DNA of 64,000 nt from an uncultured virus (IMG/VR IMGVR_UViG_3300049846_002026) (IMGVR_UViG_3300049846_002026), one strand, 5' to 3'. Positions 19,207 to 29,135 are shown, numbered from the stretch's first letter. Made by a program: numbers and translations. The notes: generated from the sequence alone by a model not told the origin.

Positions 19207-20493
19207 TTACTTCTTGAGGAGCGACTTGAGATGAGCCTCGGCTGACTCGCTCCAGCCACCGGGCAGGTTACCTTCCGTACGAGAGAGCTTCAGGTAGCTC
19301 AGTCGTGGCTCGCCGACCACGAGCATGACGTCCTTGCGGAACTCGTCCCACTCGGTTTCAGCTGCCGTCGACCACTTGGCCTCGAAACGGCCGCGCTCCT
19401 CTTCCGAACGCTTCTCAAACGCTGCCCGGTACGACTCTGGGAGCGAAGCGAACCGCTTCTTGAAGGTCTCTGCCTGGGCTGTCTTGGTCTTCTCAGCCTC
19501 GATCGTTGCGAGCTGCGCTGTTGCGGCGTCGAGCTCCGACTTCATGGCTGCTGCGGCGGTCTGCATCGCGTCGAACTCGGCCTTGAGTGCGTCCATCTTG
19601 ACCGACGCATCGTCGGCACGGGAGGTCTCAGCCGCAACCTTTGCGGTCAATCCCTCGACAGTGCCCTTCAGGGACGCAACTTCGGCGTCCACTGCCGCCT
19701 TCTCGGCCACTGCGCTGGCCAGCTTCTCCGCTAGAGCGGTCTTCTCCGCCTCTAGGGCGCTGATCTGCGCCTCGTACTGTTCCTTGGTCTTGTCCATGTT
19801 TCGTGCCTCCTGGTTGCTGGCCACTCGACGGGCCGCTGTTTTGCCTGAGGTGCTGTCGTCGAGCGGCATAGTCACCGTCCCGATTGCGTCCGGGTCGGCG
19901 CCCGGAACATTGAGTGCAGACAGCGTCATGAAGATCGGCTCGATCGCCATCTCATACCGTCCGCCGGCATCTTCTCCATACTCAACCCGAGGGGTCAATG
20001 CCGCCATTGAGAAGGGCACGTAGCCCTTCGCTTCCTGCATGGCCAACATCTCCTTCGTCTGCTCTGGGAATGCCCACGCCCACACAACGCCCTTCACGAA
20101 GATACCGAAGGCACCCGCGCCGTTCTTGGCTGCTGGGTCTACCTTCGCTTCCGCCGAGTACCAGACTCCGATAGCCTTCGGAACTTGCGGCTCCCATTCG
20201 TATTGCGGGAGCACTGCGCTGTGGTTCCAGTCCATCGGGAGCAGGTTCGGCATGGTGATGCGCTTGGCGGCCGGCTCTAGATCGATCGCACGAAACACAA
20301 GACCGTTGTCGTTCTTGCCTTCGTGAACCATCCACGCTTCAACGAGAAGCTTTGTCGGTTCGCCATCTGTGATCTGCGGCATCCACGCAGCTACGCGTGT
20401 GATGATCGACGGATCGTGCGCCTCCGCGGGAGTCATCGGTCGGACCGTTGCTCGCGCCGTGAGGAGACGCAATGCCTTCTTGGGCTCTGTCAT
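19207..20493 (-). CDS. Prohead protease-scaffold fusion
   Basis: N-terminal NDNG...MDWNH...IG...FSM...PGAD motifs of HK97-type prohead proteases; C-terminal Ala/Glu/Lys coiled coil; start moved to ATG 20493 (AAGGAGG RBS). Confidence 0.8.
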   Translation of the reverse strand: MTEPKKALRLLTARATVRPMTPAEAHDPSIITRVAAWMPQITDGEPTKLLVEAWMVHEGKNDNGLVFRAIDLEPAAKRITMPNLLPMDWNHSAVLPQYEWEPQVPKAIGVWYSAEAKVDPAAKNGAGAFGIFVKGVVWAWAFPEQTKEMLAMQEAKGYVPFSMAALTPRVEYGEDAGGRYEMAIEPIFMTLSALNVPGADPDAIGTVTMPLDDSTSGKTAARRVASNQEARNMDKTKEQYEAQISALEAEKTALAEKLASAVAEKAAVDAEVASLKGTVEGLTAKVAAETSRADDASVKMDALKAEFDAMQTAAAAMKSELDAATAQLATIEAEKTKTAQAETFKKRFASLPESYRAAFEKRSEEERGRFEAKWSTAAETEWDEFRKDVMLVVGEPRLSYLKLSRTEGNLPGGWSESAEAHLKSLLKK

Positions 20494-20528
20494 ACTTGCG
20501 CCTCCTTTTGCGTACTCTACGCCTTTCG

Positions 20529-20563
20529 ACAAATAAGTCGCGGCCGAACCCCTGAAAACGCAA
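20529..20563 (-). promoter_or_regulatory. Candidate phage late promoter TTGCG-N18-CGACTTATTT
   Basis: Variant motif copy in the intergenic gap ahead of the head operon. Confidence 0.6.
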
Positions 20564-20567
20564 AGAC

Positions 20568-21932
20568 TTAGAGAAGGTCCGGAAGTTGTGGCCGAACCAC
20601 TGCCTTACGGGCAGCCTTCAGCTCTGCGGGAGTAAGGCCTGTGGCGGGAGGCTGCGCGAGGACCGCGTCCACCCGATCTACGAACATCTGCCCGACCTGT
20701 GCCCAGGTGGGGAGCTCCCGTGCCCGCTTCTGACAGGCGTCCGCCAGCCCCTGCGTAACCTGTTGATTCTGCGCGAGATACAGAAGCCGCTTTCCGGCCT
20801 GCAGCGGGTCTACACAGGCATGCGCCGTATTGATGTACTTCGGCTCGAACCGGTAGTTTTCGAGGGGCAGCAGCATTCCATGCCCCTCCCAGATCTCCTT
20901 GGTCGCGGACCAATCTGGTACCAGCTGAGCCACGCCGCAAAGCGCGCTTTCGACCGAGGTCAGGCCCCAGCCCTCGCCACCACCGGTGTTGATGTGCACA
21001 TCGGCCAGGCTGTAAAGCGACTGCAGCTGCTCGTGGTCAAGCTCCGGGAGCACCCAGTGAATGCACATGACCTTGTCCTGGACTCCGTACAGCCGAGACA
21101 ACTGGGCCAGGTCCCACCCGTAGGCGTCCCCGTTGGAGCAGTGCAGCAACAGCATCGAATCCGGGTGGTGCTGTGCCATCCACGCAAACGCCCGAATCGT
21201 GATGTCCTGCCGCTTCCGGAACTGGTTGGTATTCACGCTCTGCACGACAAACGTAGACTCCGGCACTCCCCACATCTTCCGCGCCAGGTTCTTGGGGACC
21301 GGCGTAAAGGCATCGGGGTCAATACCATGAGGAATGGGAGCAAACGCTTCGGGATTCTGGAGGGCTGCGACCCGATCCATCCGCACCCGGAGTTCCTGGC
21401 CCTCCTGCGGAATCCGCAGATTCAGGATGGTGTCGTCCATGCCGGCCAGTGGACCGTCCAACCACAGGTTGATCGCATCCTGCAGCCCAGCGGCGGTTTC
21501 ACGAGCTCCAAACGCGGTGTAGGGAATGGCATCGTCCAGTGCCGCCACCGTCACCGCATAGTTGCTCTTCATGTTGGGCGAATCGACCGGATAGTACCCC
21601 ATCGTTTTGATGCCGGTGTGTTCCGGGAAATGCCGCATGATCTTGGTCTGGTTCCAGAGGTCTTCCACGAACAGAATGACGTCTGGCTTGTCCTCTTCGA
21701 TCCAGTCCGGCAGGAACTTGCTTCCGTGCGGATCACCGCCGGTTGTGGGTCCGGCCTGCTTGACCTCGTACTGATACGGCGGCACCGTGCCTGGCTTATC
21801 TGGGTTGAACCCCACCCCGCGCACGATCACTGTGTACCGTCCTGTAGCATGCAGCGCATCTCCGATAGCCCGCACCACCCGCTCAAACCCCGTCGGCCGC
21901 TGTGCGTCGCCGACAATCATAACCCTTTGCAT
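20568..21932 (-). CDS. Glycosyltransferase, GT-B/GT4-like
   Basis: TGFERV, IPHGID, NTNQFRKRQD and GEGWGLTSVESALCG (E-x7-E) motifs. Confidence 0.9.
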   Translation of the reverse strand: MQRVMIVGDAQRPTGFERVVRAIGDALHATGRYTVIVRGVGFNPDKPGTVPPYQYEVKQAGPTTGGDPHGSKFLPDWIEEDKPDVILFVEDLWNQTKIMRHFPEHTGIKTMGYYPVDSPNMKSNYAVTVAALDDAIPYTAFGARETAAGLQDAINLWLDGPLAGMDDTILNLRIPQEGQELRVRMDRVAALQNPEAFAPIPHGIDPDAFTPVPKNLARKMWGVPESTFVVQSVNTNQFRKRQDITIRAFAWMAQHHPDSMLLLHCSNGDAYGWDLAQLSRLYGVQDKVMCIHWVLPELDHEQLQSLYSLADVHINTGGGEGWGLTSVESALCGVAQLVPDWSATKEIWEGHGMLLPLENYRFEPKYINTAHACVDPLQAGKRLLYLAQNQQVTQGLADACQKRARELPTWAQVGQMFVDRVDAVLAQPPATGLTPAELKAARKAVVRPQLPDLL

Positions 21933-21946
21933 GCGCCCTCGTTGTG

Positions 21947-23314
21947 TTAGTCGCGATCCAGGAAGTCGGGGCTAGCCACCAGCGTCCCGATCAGACCGCC
22001 CTTGGAGTGATACAGGAATGATTCCATCGCCCGCAGACTGCCGAGGAAGCCATGCTCGGCATGCCAGTCGTCCGGCGGACAGAGCGCCGGTGCGGTGCGC
22101 ACCAGCACACCATCGACGTTCTGTACCTTCTCTTCCATCATGTGGAAGTGGCCGGTGTGGAACTCGCGGTAGTTGGTGAGTCCCCAGAGCTCCTTGCGCT
22201 CAATGGCCATCAAGCCTGGCAGCTTCTTCTTGGCCTTGTCACCGTGCGTGTAGCCAAACAGATTCGTGCCCCAGATGGAGTACTTGCGAGACGTGTACTC
22301 GCCGTTGATCTTGACCCGCTTGTGATCCCGGTAATGCGCCTGCAGAATCCGCTGGGTAGCCCAGGTCAACGTGACGTCATGATTGCCAGGAACCATGATG
22401 ACCTCGGTCGGCACCGTCTCGGCGCTACGATCGATAACGGCCAGCAGGGCGTCCGTGCCGTGCTCGATCATGTGCTGCAGCCGTGAATCCCGATCCAGCA
22501 TAGTACCCGCGGTGGTCGTACCGTTGATCGTGTCGAAGTGCCAGTAGTCGCCCAGTAGCACGATCGTACGCTTGCCAAGCTCCCGGCCCATGTCCTCCGC
22601 TTCGTCCATCAGAATAGACGAGCAGTTCCGCACGGCCGCCACTGAGGTGGTAACGTCCCAGTTCGACTGGCCGGTGCTCTTGGCCCAGGCGTACTTGGCG
22701 ATGTGCGGATCAGCAATCACCACCGTCTGCATGACGTTGGCGTTCCGCGACGTAGCCAGTGGCTTGAGATGGCTCGTCTTGCCGATATTGACCTTGTTGA
22801 CCATCTGTTCGATCAGGTCGGCAAACGATCCACTAACCTTCGGCTTCAGCTTCACGTAGACCCGGAAGTACTCAGTCACCTCGATGACTCCGGTATCCAG
22901 ATTCCGGCTCGGCTGTTCGTTCTTGGTAACCTCGTATTCGGCTACCTGGTACTTGCTCATGTCCACTTCGGTGTGCGCGAGCAGATCATCGACTGTCCGG
23001 ATCTTCGGACTACGTGACCGCAAGACCGTGTCGTCCCCGCGCTGGGTGACCGTAACCTCTTCGGCTGTGTCCGTAACGCTCGCGGACCGTTCTGACTCCG
23101 GCACATTCCTCTCCTGAAACCGTGAAATAGCCCTGTCCCACTCCTTCCGGTACCGCCGCTTCACGCCCGCCACCTGGCCGACCGTCAGGCCGAGGTTCTT
23201 GGCAATCCGCTGAAGCCGGGGACCGATTGCAGCGACCTGATCCAGCACCCGTCCGAGTTGCAGTTCGTCGTACTTCACGCCAAACCGCATATCGCCGTCG
23301 TTATGCTGTGCCAT
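21947..23314 (-). CDS. Calcineurin-like metallophosphoesterase with N-terminal HTH-like segment
   Basis: DPH, GD..H.D, GNHD, THGD and HTGHFH motifs. Confidence 0.85.
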   Translation of the reverse strand: MAQHNDGDMRFGVKYDELQLGRVLDQVAAIGPRLQRIAKNLGLTVGQVAGVKRRYRKEWDRAISRFQERNVPESERSASVTDTAEEVTVTQRGDDTVLRSRSPKIRTVDDLLAHTEVDMSKYQVAEYEVTKNEQPSRNLDTGVIEVTEYFRVYVKLKPKVSGSFADLIEQMVNKVNIGKTSHLKPLATSRNANVMQTVVIADPHIAKYAWAKSTGQSNWDVTTSVAAVRNCSSILMDEAEDMGRELGKRTIVLLGDYWHFDTINGTTTAGTMLDRDSRLQHMIEHGTDALLAVIDRSAETVPTEVIMVPGNHDVTLTWATQRILQAHYRDHKRVKINGEYTSRKYSIWGTNLFGYTHGDKAKKKLPGLMAIERKELWGLTNYREFHTGHFHMMEEKVQNVDGVLVRTAPALCPPDDWHAEHGFLGSLRAMESFLYHSKGGLIGTLVASPDFLDRD

Positions 23315-25058
23315 CCGTAGCTCCCTTGTCCGGGTTTTGCTCTGCCGGTGTGCGGCCCTCGCCGCCTACCTTGCCTGGGCCCTGCCCGCGAACGCCCCCT
23401 TCTGCCTGGCCCTGAAGGCCTTGCGGCGGCATGAACGCTTCTTCCCAGGTCGTTGTGTTCGGGTCCAGCTCTCGCTCCTTGCACCGCAGCAGGAACTCTG
23501 CATCTGGGTCCCGGTCCTGCGCCGCGATCATCGCCCGGATCGACACCAGGCCCATCGCGTAGTCGGCACGGTTCTGCACCCGTGTCTGCATCGAGTCTGT
23601 CAGCAGCGACTTGTCGTACTCCCACACGAGCTCGATGTCATCGAACCCGTTCTCGACTGCCACGCGCTCGCCCATCTGGGTTAGCACCGCAGCGAATCCA
23701 TTCGCCAGCTCCTGCATCTGTGCCGTCGCGCCGATGACTGACGCCCAGCCTGCGCTGGAGCCCTCGCCGGTGCTGCCGAATAGAAGTGCATCTGGTAGGC
23801 CGAGCGCCGCCTTGACCTTGTGATCGCCGATCTTGAAGCGCTCTTCTAGATCCAGCAACGACGACTGGGCGCCAACGTCAACGACATCGACGTCATCACC
23901 CTGCCAGATGATCAACATACTGGGTCCAACCTCTTCGAAGAAGGACTGCATCAGCGCAGTACGCGCCGCCGCCACATCCGGCTTGGAGTAGTTGGACTTC
24001 GGGTCTGACGAACCGACCTTGACAATCGTCAGACGGTTGATCACATTCTCCATGCTGACCAGGTCGGCCGCGGTCACCGATCGCGAATAGCGAATGCCGA
24101 GCTTGGCTGGTTCGATCAGCGACTCACCATACGGTGATGTCGCAAAGCTGCGATACTTGACATGCATCAACAGCGCCGGCTCCAGAAGCACCTTCGTGTT
24201 CTTGGTCAGCGCAGCCCGCAGCTTCGGGTCAACCAGCTTCTTGATCATCTTGGTGACTTCGGGATTCTGTGGGTCACCGACCGTGATCAGCTCACGTAGC
24301 TTCGAGTCTGGCGTCCAATACCACAGCTCGCCCAGTCCGGACAGCTGTACGTGCACTGGCTCCAGTTGTGTCATGCTGAGAGTTTGGATCGTGATCGGGA
24401 GGCTGAACGAACCTTCGCCCGGCACTTCGACCATCGACCACTGCTGTCGGCCCATCCAGTCGCCTTCGACCAGGGCCTGCCGTACGCCCGTGTGAATCAC
24501 ACTACGAAGCCCGCGTTCCGTGGTGACGACACCGTATTCCGGAGACGCGTTGATGTGATCGGTCATGTAGTCCAGCACCGCCTGCAGCTGATCCATGGCC
24601 TTGCGCGCCTTGCCCTTCTTGGCCTTGCGCACCTTGAATCCGCCACCGACACCGATCAAGGCCGCGATCTTGTTGACCGCGTTGTTGATCAGGCCCTCGG
24701 TCTCGTAGATCTTGCGATACTGGTTGATCTGCTGGGTACGCGCTCCGGTTGCTGTGGGCGTGAAATCACTGATCAGGTCGAGCGCATCTTGCGTCCGACC
24801 GGGGTCACGCGCCAGTGCCGCCATGGCGACGATTTCTTTGCGACCGTCCGGGCCGTCCTTCAGCTGCATGCGCAGTTCACGATTGCCGCTGACGTAGCGT
24901 CCTGTGTTGATCAGCGCTGTGCGCACGATTTCGTGCGTCTCGGCTGGGAACAGGTCATCAAGCATCATACGGCCCTGCTGCTGAATGCGCAAGACCTCTT
25001 CAGTGATTTGATCTGGGTGATCCCGCTTCAGGATCTCGATTGCGTTGGGTCCTGTCAT
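23301..25058 (-). CDS. Portal protein
   Basis: 585 aa after terminase; INNAVNKIA, HVKY...PYGESLIEP, ALGLPDALL motifs. Confidence 0.8.
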   Translation of the reverse strand: MTGPNAIEILKRDHPDQITEEVLRIQQQGRMMLDDLFPAETHEIVRTALINTGRYVSGNRELRMQLKDGPDGRKEIVAMAALARDPGRTQDALDLISDFTPTATGARTQQINQYRKIYETEGLINNAVNKIAALIGVGGGFKVRKAKKGKARKAMDQLQAVLDYMTDHINASPEYGVVTTERGLRSVIHTGVRQALVEGDWMGRQQWSMVEVPGEGSFSLPITIQTLSMTQLEPVHVQLSGLGELWYWTPDSKLRELITVGDPQNPEVTKMIKKLVDPKLRAALTKNTKVLLEPALLMHVKYRSFATSPYGESLIEPAKLGIRYSRSVTAADLVSMENVINRLTIVKVGSSDPKSNYSKPDVAAARTALMQSFFEEVGPSMLIIWQGDDVDVVDVGAQSSLLDLEERFKIGDHKVKAALGLPDALLFGSTGEGSSAGWASVIGATAQMQELANGFAAVLTQMGERVAVENGFDDIELVWEYDKSLLTDSMQTRVQNRADYAMGLVSIRAMIAAQDRDPDAEFLLRCKERELDPNTTTWEEAFMPPQGLQGQAEGGVRGQGPGKVGGEGRTPAEQNPDKGATDGTA

Positions 25059-25067
25059 GGGTTCTCC

Positions 25068-25283
25068 TTATACGCCAAGACGAAACGGCGTGGCCTTAGC
25101 CGCAGTCCGAATGCGATTGGCAATACGAACTGGGCACTTCTCGTCGCACTCCTCCTGCCCGCACTCCTGGCAGAGAGCCGCCGTGGCTACCTGCTTCGGG
25201 CAATCCGCGGACTCACAGCAACCTGCGGCCGCCCCGCATGCCGGACATGTCTGCTCGACCGCCGACGAGTCTGAATCTGCCAT
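25068..25283 (-). CDS. Small Cys-rich (Zn-binding) protein
   Basis: CPAC, CCESADC, CQEC, CDEKC; GGAGG RBS; overlaps terminase 3' end. Confidence 0.6.
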   Translation of the reverse strand: MADSDSSAVEQTCPACGAAAGCCESADCPKQVATAALCQECGQEECDEKCPVRIANRIRTAAKATPFRLGV

Positions 25284-27363
25284 TGCTACGCCCTCCTACA
25301 CGAGTGATTGCCCCGCCCATTGGGGGCGGAGTGTCATCCAGCAGCCGCTGACGCAAGATATGTGCCCGCAACTGCTTCGCGGCATAGATGAACGCAGCCC
25401 AAAGGTCTTTCTTCTTGGCCGTGTCCTCGGTGTTGCCTTCCACGTAGAAGTGCCGGTAGTTCTTCGTGGGCTTTTGCTGAAGGACGCGAAGCTGGTGAGC
25501 CAGCATGCGCACTCCGTTGAATCCGATGTCCAGCTTGGCGTCGTAAGGGCGTTGTGACTCGTCCAAGTACTTCGCCAAATATAGCATACCTTGGGTCATA
25601 AGACCAGAGGTGTACTCCACCAACTTGTCGTTTAGTTGGTCCGTCGGCATGATGGCGTCCAGCATCGGGACCGCATTTGGATCGCGGCTGAACCCCTGGA
25701 CCCGTTCGTCTCCGTCCAGGGGGTCGTAGATGCGGAACTCGCCAGGAAGCAGATGCTCCTTGTTGATGTGCACCAGCTCGTCACGCACACCTGTACCGCC
25801 TCCCCGCATGTCCAGGCCGATCGCTCGGCACAGATTCCAGGTGTCGTCCTGAAGTGCATCGTAATGATACACCAGGTTGTACCGCTGCGCAAGCTCCCGG
25901 ATCTTGTTTGCCACATCCGCGTGACTGGTGTGCCGGTGCTGTTCCGCCCAGATCACGTTGGACCACTGCGTCTTGCCGAGGGACTGAAGTGGATCGAACT
26001 CGCCTTGCGCGCACGGACCGATCCGGATAACCACAAAGGCCGAGAAGTCTCGACTGCCTGGGGCATAGTCCACTCCCAGTACGCACGGGTCCGTGCAGCT
26101 CCACATGACCGTAGGGGAGTAATCTTCTTGGGTATCCGCGTACTTCTTCTGCCATTCCGGGGTGGTCTCGTTGAACGGCAGCAGGGATCGGTTGCCCTTG
26201 CACTCTGCGCGGTCAACTACATGATGCGGATACACGTCACCAGAGGACGTATCCACCACGTTGCGCTGTTCCGCCAACCAGGGGCCTTCTGCCGTGACCC
26301 CTTCTAGCAGGCGGTTCTCAACGTTACGGTTGATCGGGTAGACCGACAGAATGTGACAGGCTTCGCCTTCCATCCGCAGCCGTCCATTCGTGCCCATGAC
26401 CGTGAACGGCACCCCACGCGGGTCCCGCTTGAACGTGCGGGAGCGGTCTGGCCACTTGACGCGGAAGCCGCGCCCATCGCGGGTTTCCTGGTCCCGGCGA
26501 ATCAGCAAATCGGTGTAGTCAAACGACACGTACACGTTCTCTAGAAGTCCCTTACGCTCCATGCGACGAAACGTTTCCACATCGCCGGAGGTGCGTGCCT
26601 TCCACGCCGCGTAGTCGCGACCCATGGAATCATAGGCCGATTGCGCCAGCTTGTAGAACGGCCGCCACCCATAGTCTACCGTGGTCGTGTAGTAGATGTT
26701 GTTGGCCGCGGCGTTTTCACCGCCCGTCTTGAAGTCGCCCAGCACGTTCAGGAAGCTTTCCGATACCGTACTCATGAGGTCTTCGTCCATGAAGTTTACC
26801 TCGTCCAAGTACAGATCACTACCACGATTACCACGGATCTTGTCCGGGTCGTTCGTCGGCAACGTAGTCATGGTGGACGCAGACGTCGTCGCAACCTTCC
26901 AGTAGTTGGCCAGGCGGGTCACGATCTTGTCTGCCGTGATGCTGCGCTCGAAGAACCGCAGCCCCGGCGTCTGGTCAATCCAGTTGCCACGGACCCAGGC
27001 CTCTAGATCGTTGTAGAGCAACTGGCCACCACGAAAGCCCGTGTGTGACAGCGTCACCGCCTTGCGCTTCGGGAACAGAATGGACTTGTAGGTCGCGTAC
27101 ACTACATCCACCAAGGCCGACTTGGAGGTACCACGCGAGCACACATAGACCGTGCTCGGCGCACCCAGGTGGGCGGCATACAGCATGATCCGCTGGTGAA
27201 CCGGCAGGAACACCCCTGTCAGTACATTCGTGCACACATCCGGCCACTGCCGAAACTTGATGATCGACCGATAGATCCGATCACCTTCAAGCTTCTGTTC
27301 CGCCGTCTGCGGAGTCGCCAGAATCTCCTTCAGCGGCCTCGTCCATGTCGGAATCGCCAGCAT
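25213..27363 (-). CDS. terL: Terminase large subunit
   Basis: HQR, SRGTSKS (Walker A variant), IRGNRG..LYLDE (Walker B), TTT coupling motif, LGVDYA..D nuclease motif and KKDLW. Confidence 0.88.
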   Translation of the reverse strand: MLAIPTWTRPLKEILATPQTAEQKLEGDRIYRSIIKFRQWPDVCTNVLTGVFLPVHQRIMLYAAHLGAPSTVYVCSRGTSKSALVDVVYATYKSILFPKRKAVTLSHTGFRGGQLLYNDLEAWVRGNWIDQTPGLRFFERSITADKIVTRLANYWKVATTSASTMTTLPTNDPDKIRGNRGSDLYLDEVNFMDEDLMSTVSESFLNVLGDFKTGGENAAANNIYYTTTVDYGWRPFYKLAQSAYDSMGRDYAAWKARTSGDVETFRRMERKGLLENVYVSFDYTDLLIRRDQETRDGRGFRVKWPDRSRTFKRDPRGVPFTVMGTNGRLRMEGEACHILSVYPINRNVENRLLEGVTAEGPWLAEQRNVVDTSSGDVYPHHVVDRAECKGNRSLLPFNETTPEWQKKYADTQEDYSPTVMWSCTDPCVLGVDYAPGSRDFSAFVVIRIGPCAQGEFDPLQSLGKTQWSNVIWAEQHRHTSHADVANKIRELAQRYNLVYHYDALQDDTWNLCRAIGLDMRGGGTGVRDELVHINKEHLLPGEFRIYDPLDGDERVQGFSRDPNAVPMLDAIMPTDQLNDKLVEYTSGLMTQGMLYLAKYLDESQRPYDAKLDIGFNGVRMLAHQLRVLQQKPTKNYRHFYVEGNTEDTAKKKDLWAAFIYAAKQLRAHILRQRLLDDTPPPMGGAITRVGGRSNGRFRLVGGRADMSGMRGGRRLL

Positions 27364-28390
27364 CTGCCTCCTCCCCAGTCGCCACCACTACAGGCAATCC
27401 ACGCCGTGGCTTTACCGTAGTCTGTGGCACAATGTGCCCGTGTTCAGTAAGATATGTCTCGATGTCCTCGATGTTCAGGCCGGCGAAGTTACGCTGACCA
27501 CAGCCGCTGCATGCGCAGGTACGGCACCGGGTCAAGCCAAACAAGCCGACCTCATCCAGCTGGTATCCGCCCATGTTGCCCCGCGGACTACGCTGATGGT
27601 ACATTTGGTACATCATGATGAGCTCTTCGGCAAACCACCGCTCCCGCACTTCGTACGGAACCGCTTCATCCAGCTTGCGAGCGGCTTCGCCAACGCTGCC
27701 CCCCTCCTTCTCACGCTGCTGCTTCGCCACCTGGTCCGGGTGGATGTTCAGCGCTTTCTCCAGCGCCAGGATCTGCTTGGAGATCTCTGACAGCTGTTCC
27801 TCGATCGCCGTGACGGACTGCTCCTTCAACTGCCGGAAGCGCAACCGGTCCATGAGCAGGGTGAGATCGAGCAGCATGTCCAGCTTCGCTTGTGCGGCGA
27901 CAGAGGAGAGCTGCGGGAAGTCGTCCAGGAATCCCTGACGCAGCTTGTCCCGGCGCAGGAGTTCTGCGTCCGAGAACATGCTCAAGGGGTTCTCCCCGTA
28001 CTTCGGCTCGTCTGGGTTCTTGGGCTTGCTCGGGTAAGTCGGATTGTCCGTCATGATCCGACGCAGCTCCTTCGCCCGGGCGTTCTGCTTCACCCGCGCT
28101 GTCTTTACGCCCGGCGAAGCCGCCACCCGCCGCGGCTCCATTGTCTCCGGGTCGAAACGAGTCGCCATGCGCACCCGGACCTCGAATGACGCCTTGGCCA
28201 TCTTGCTCCACGGCGTCTTGCCGTCCTTGAGCTGGACTCCACGCAAGCAGCATTCGAGGGCATGGCGCGCCTCGCGCTCATGGTCCACGTTGGGGCGGTA
28301 CTCCTTGAACCAGGTGATCACGCCCGCCAGGATGGCGTCGTATCGTTCCTGGGTCACGTCCTTGCCTACCTCGTACTGGATAACCTGCAT
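27287..28390 (-). CDS. Putative terminase small subunit with Zn-ribbon
   Basis: Immediately upstream of terL; helical core ending LEKALNIHPDQ; CRTC/CSGC motif. Confidence 0.5.
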   Translation of the reverse strand: MQVIQYEVGKDVTQERYDAILAGVITWFKEYRPNVDHEREARHALECCLRGVQLKDGKTPWSKMAKASFEVRVRMATRFDPETMEPRRVAASPGVKTARVKQNARAKELRRIMTDNPTYPSKPKNPDEPKYGENPLSMFSDAELLRRDKLRQGFLDDFPQLSSVAAQAKLDMLLDLTLLMDRLRFRQLKEQSVTAIEEQLSEISKQILALEKALNIHPDQVAKQQREKEGGSVGEAARKLDEAVPYEVRERWFAEELIMMYQMYHQRSPRGNMGGYQLDEVGLFGLTRCRTCACSGCGQRNFAGLNIEDIETYLTEHGHIVPQTTVKPRRGLPVVVATGEEADAGDSDMDEAAEGDSGDSADGGTEA

Positions 28391-28400
28391 GTTGGTCCCC

Positions 28401-28787
28401 TTACCTCAAGTCGTCCCAGCTCTTGTGTTCGCTCTCTTCGAGGCGAATGCGATTGCGGATGATCCGCTTATTGTGCGTCAGCATGAAGTTCCCGTCCATG
28501 TCCTTGGCCAGCTGGCGCCCACTTTGCAGATGGGTGTCCAGGGATTCGTGCAGGACGATCTTGCTTCGGCGTAGGAAGTCGACGATGCGAAACTTGACCG
28601 CCTGCCGCACAAAGGCACTCTCGTTGGACCGCACGGTGGCGATGTCGCACCGAAAGAGCGCCAGCAGTCCTTCCTGGAGGAGATCCTCGAAAAGGTCGTT
28701 ATCCGTCTTGGCGTACTTGCGCGCGATGTTGCGGATGTCTTCCAGGTACCGCGGGTAATACACCTCGTTGAACTCCTTTTCGGTCAT
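28401..28787 (-). CDS. Stand-alone sigma70 region-2 protein (half of a split sigma factor)
   Basis: IRNIARKY...EDLLQEGLLAL...AFVRQAVKFRIVDFLRR; own GGAGG RBS; no region 4 before stop. Confidence 0.85.
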   Translation of the reverse strand: MTEKEFNEVYYPRYLEDIRNIARKYAKTDNDLFEDLLQEGLLALFRCDIATVRSNESAFVRQAVKFRIVDFLRRSKIVLHESLDTHLQSGRQLAKDMDGNFMLTHNKRIIRNRIRLEESEHKSWDDLR

Positions 28788-28793
28788 ATTTCC

Positions 28794-28828
28794 CTCCAGT
28801 ATGTCGATTTTTGGCCTGAAATCCGTAA
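28794..28828 (-). promoter_or_regulatory. Candidate phage late promoter TTACG-N17-CGACATACTG between the sigma halves
   Basis: Motif copy; overlapped by inverted repeat GGCCTGA-N11-TCAGGCC. Confidence 0.65.
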
Positions 28829-28850
28829 TATCAGGCCTAGTTTGGCGATT

Positions 28851-29135
28851 CTAGCCGGAAAGAACGGCTCGCATCTGCAGCAATGCCTTCTTCCGGATGT
28901 ACCGGACCGTGGCCTCGGAGACCGGCCGGTCCCTGAACTTCGTTCCCACGAACACGCCGATCTCTACGTCGGTCGGGGGCCACTGGACTACCTTCCATGG
29001 CCAGTTGGTGGGCTCTATCAGGCCGAAGGACAGCTCGATCACTAGGCGAGGCTCTGGGGCCAGGAGGGACAGCGCCTGGGTCAAAGAGAGCTTGTCCAGG
29101 ATCTCGTCCCGGATATCTAGGAATGCTTCCATCAC
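28851..29135 (-). CDS. Stand-alone sigma70 region-4 protein (other half of split sigma factor)
   Basis: LTQALSLLAPEPRLVIELSFGL...TDVEIG...VSEATVRYIRKKALLQMR matches the region 4.1/4.2 pattern; GGAGGTG RBS. Confidence 0.8.
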   Translation of the reverse strand: MMEAFLDIRDEILDKLSLTQALSLLAPEPRLVIELSFGLIEPTNWPWKVVQWPPTDVEIGVFVGTKFRDRPVSEATVRYIRKKALLQMRAVLSG

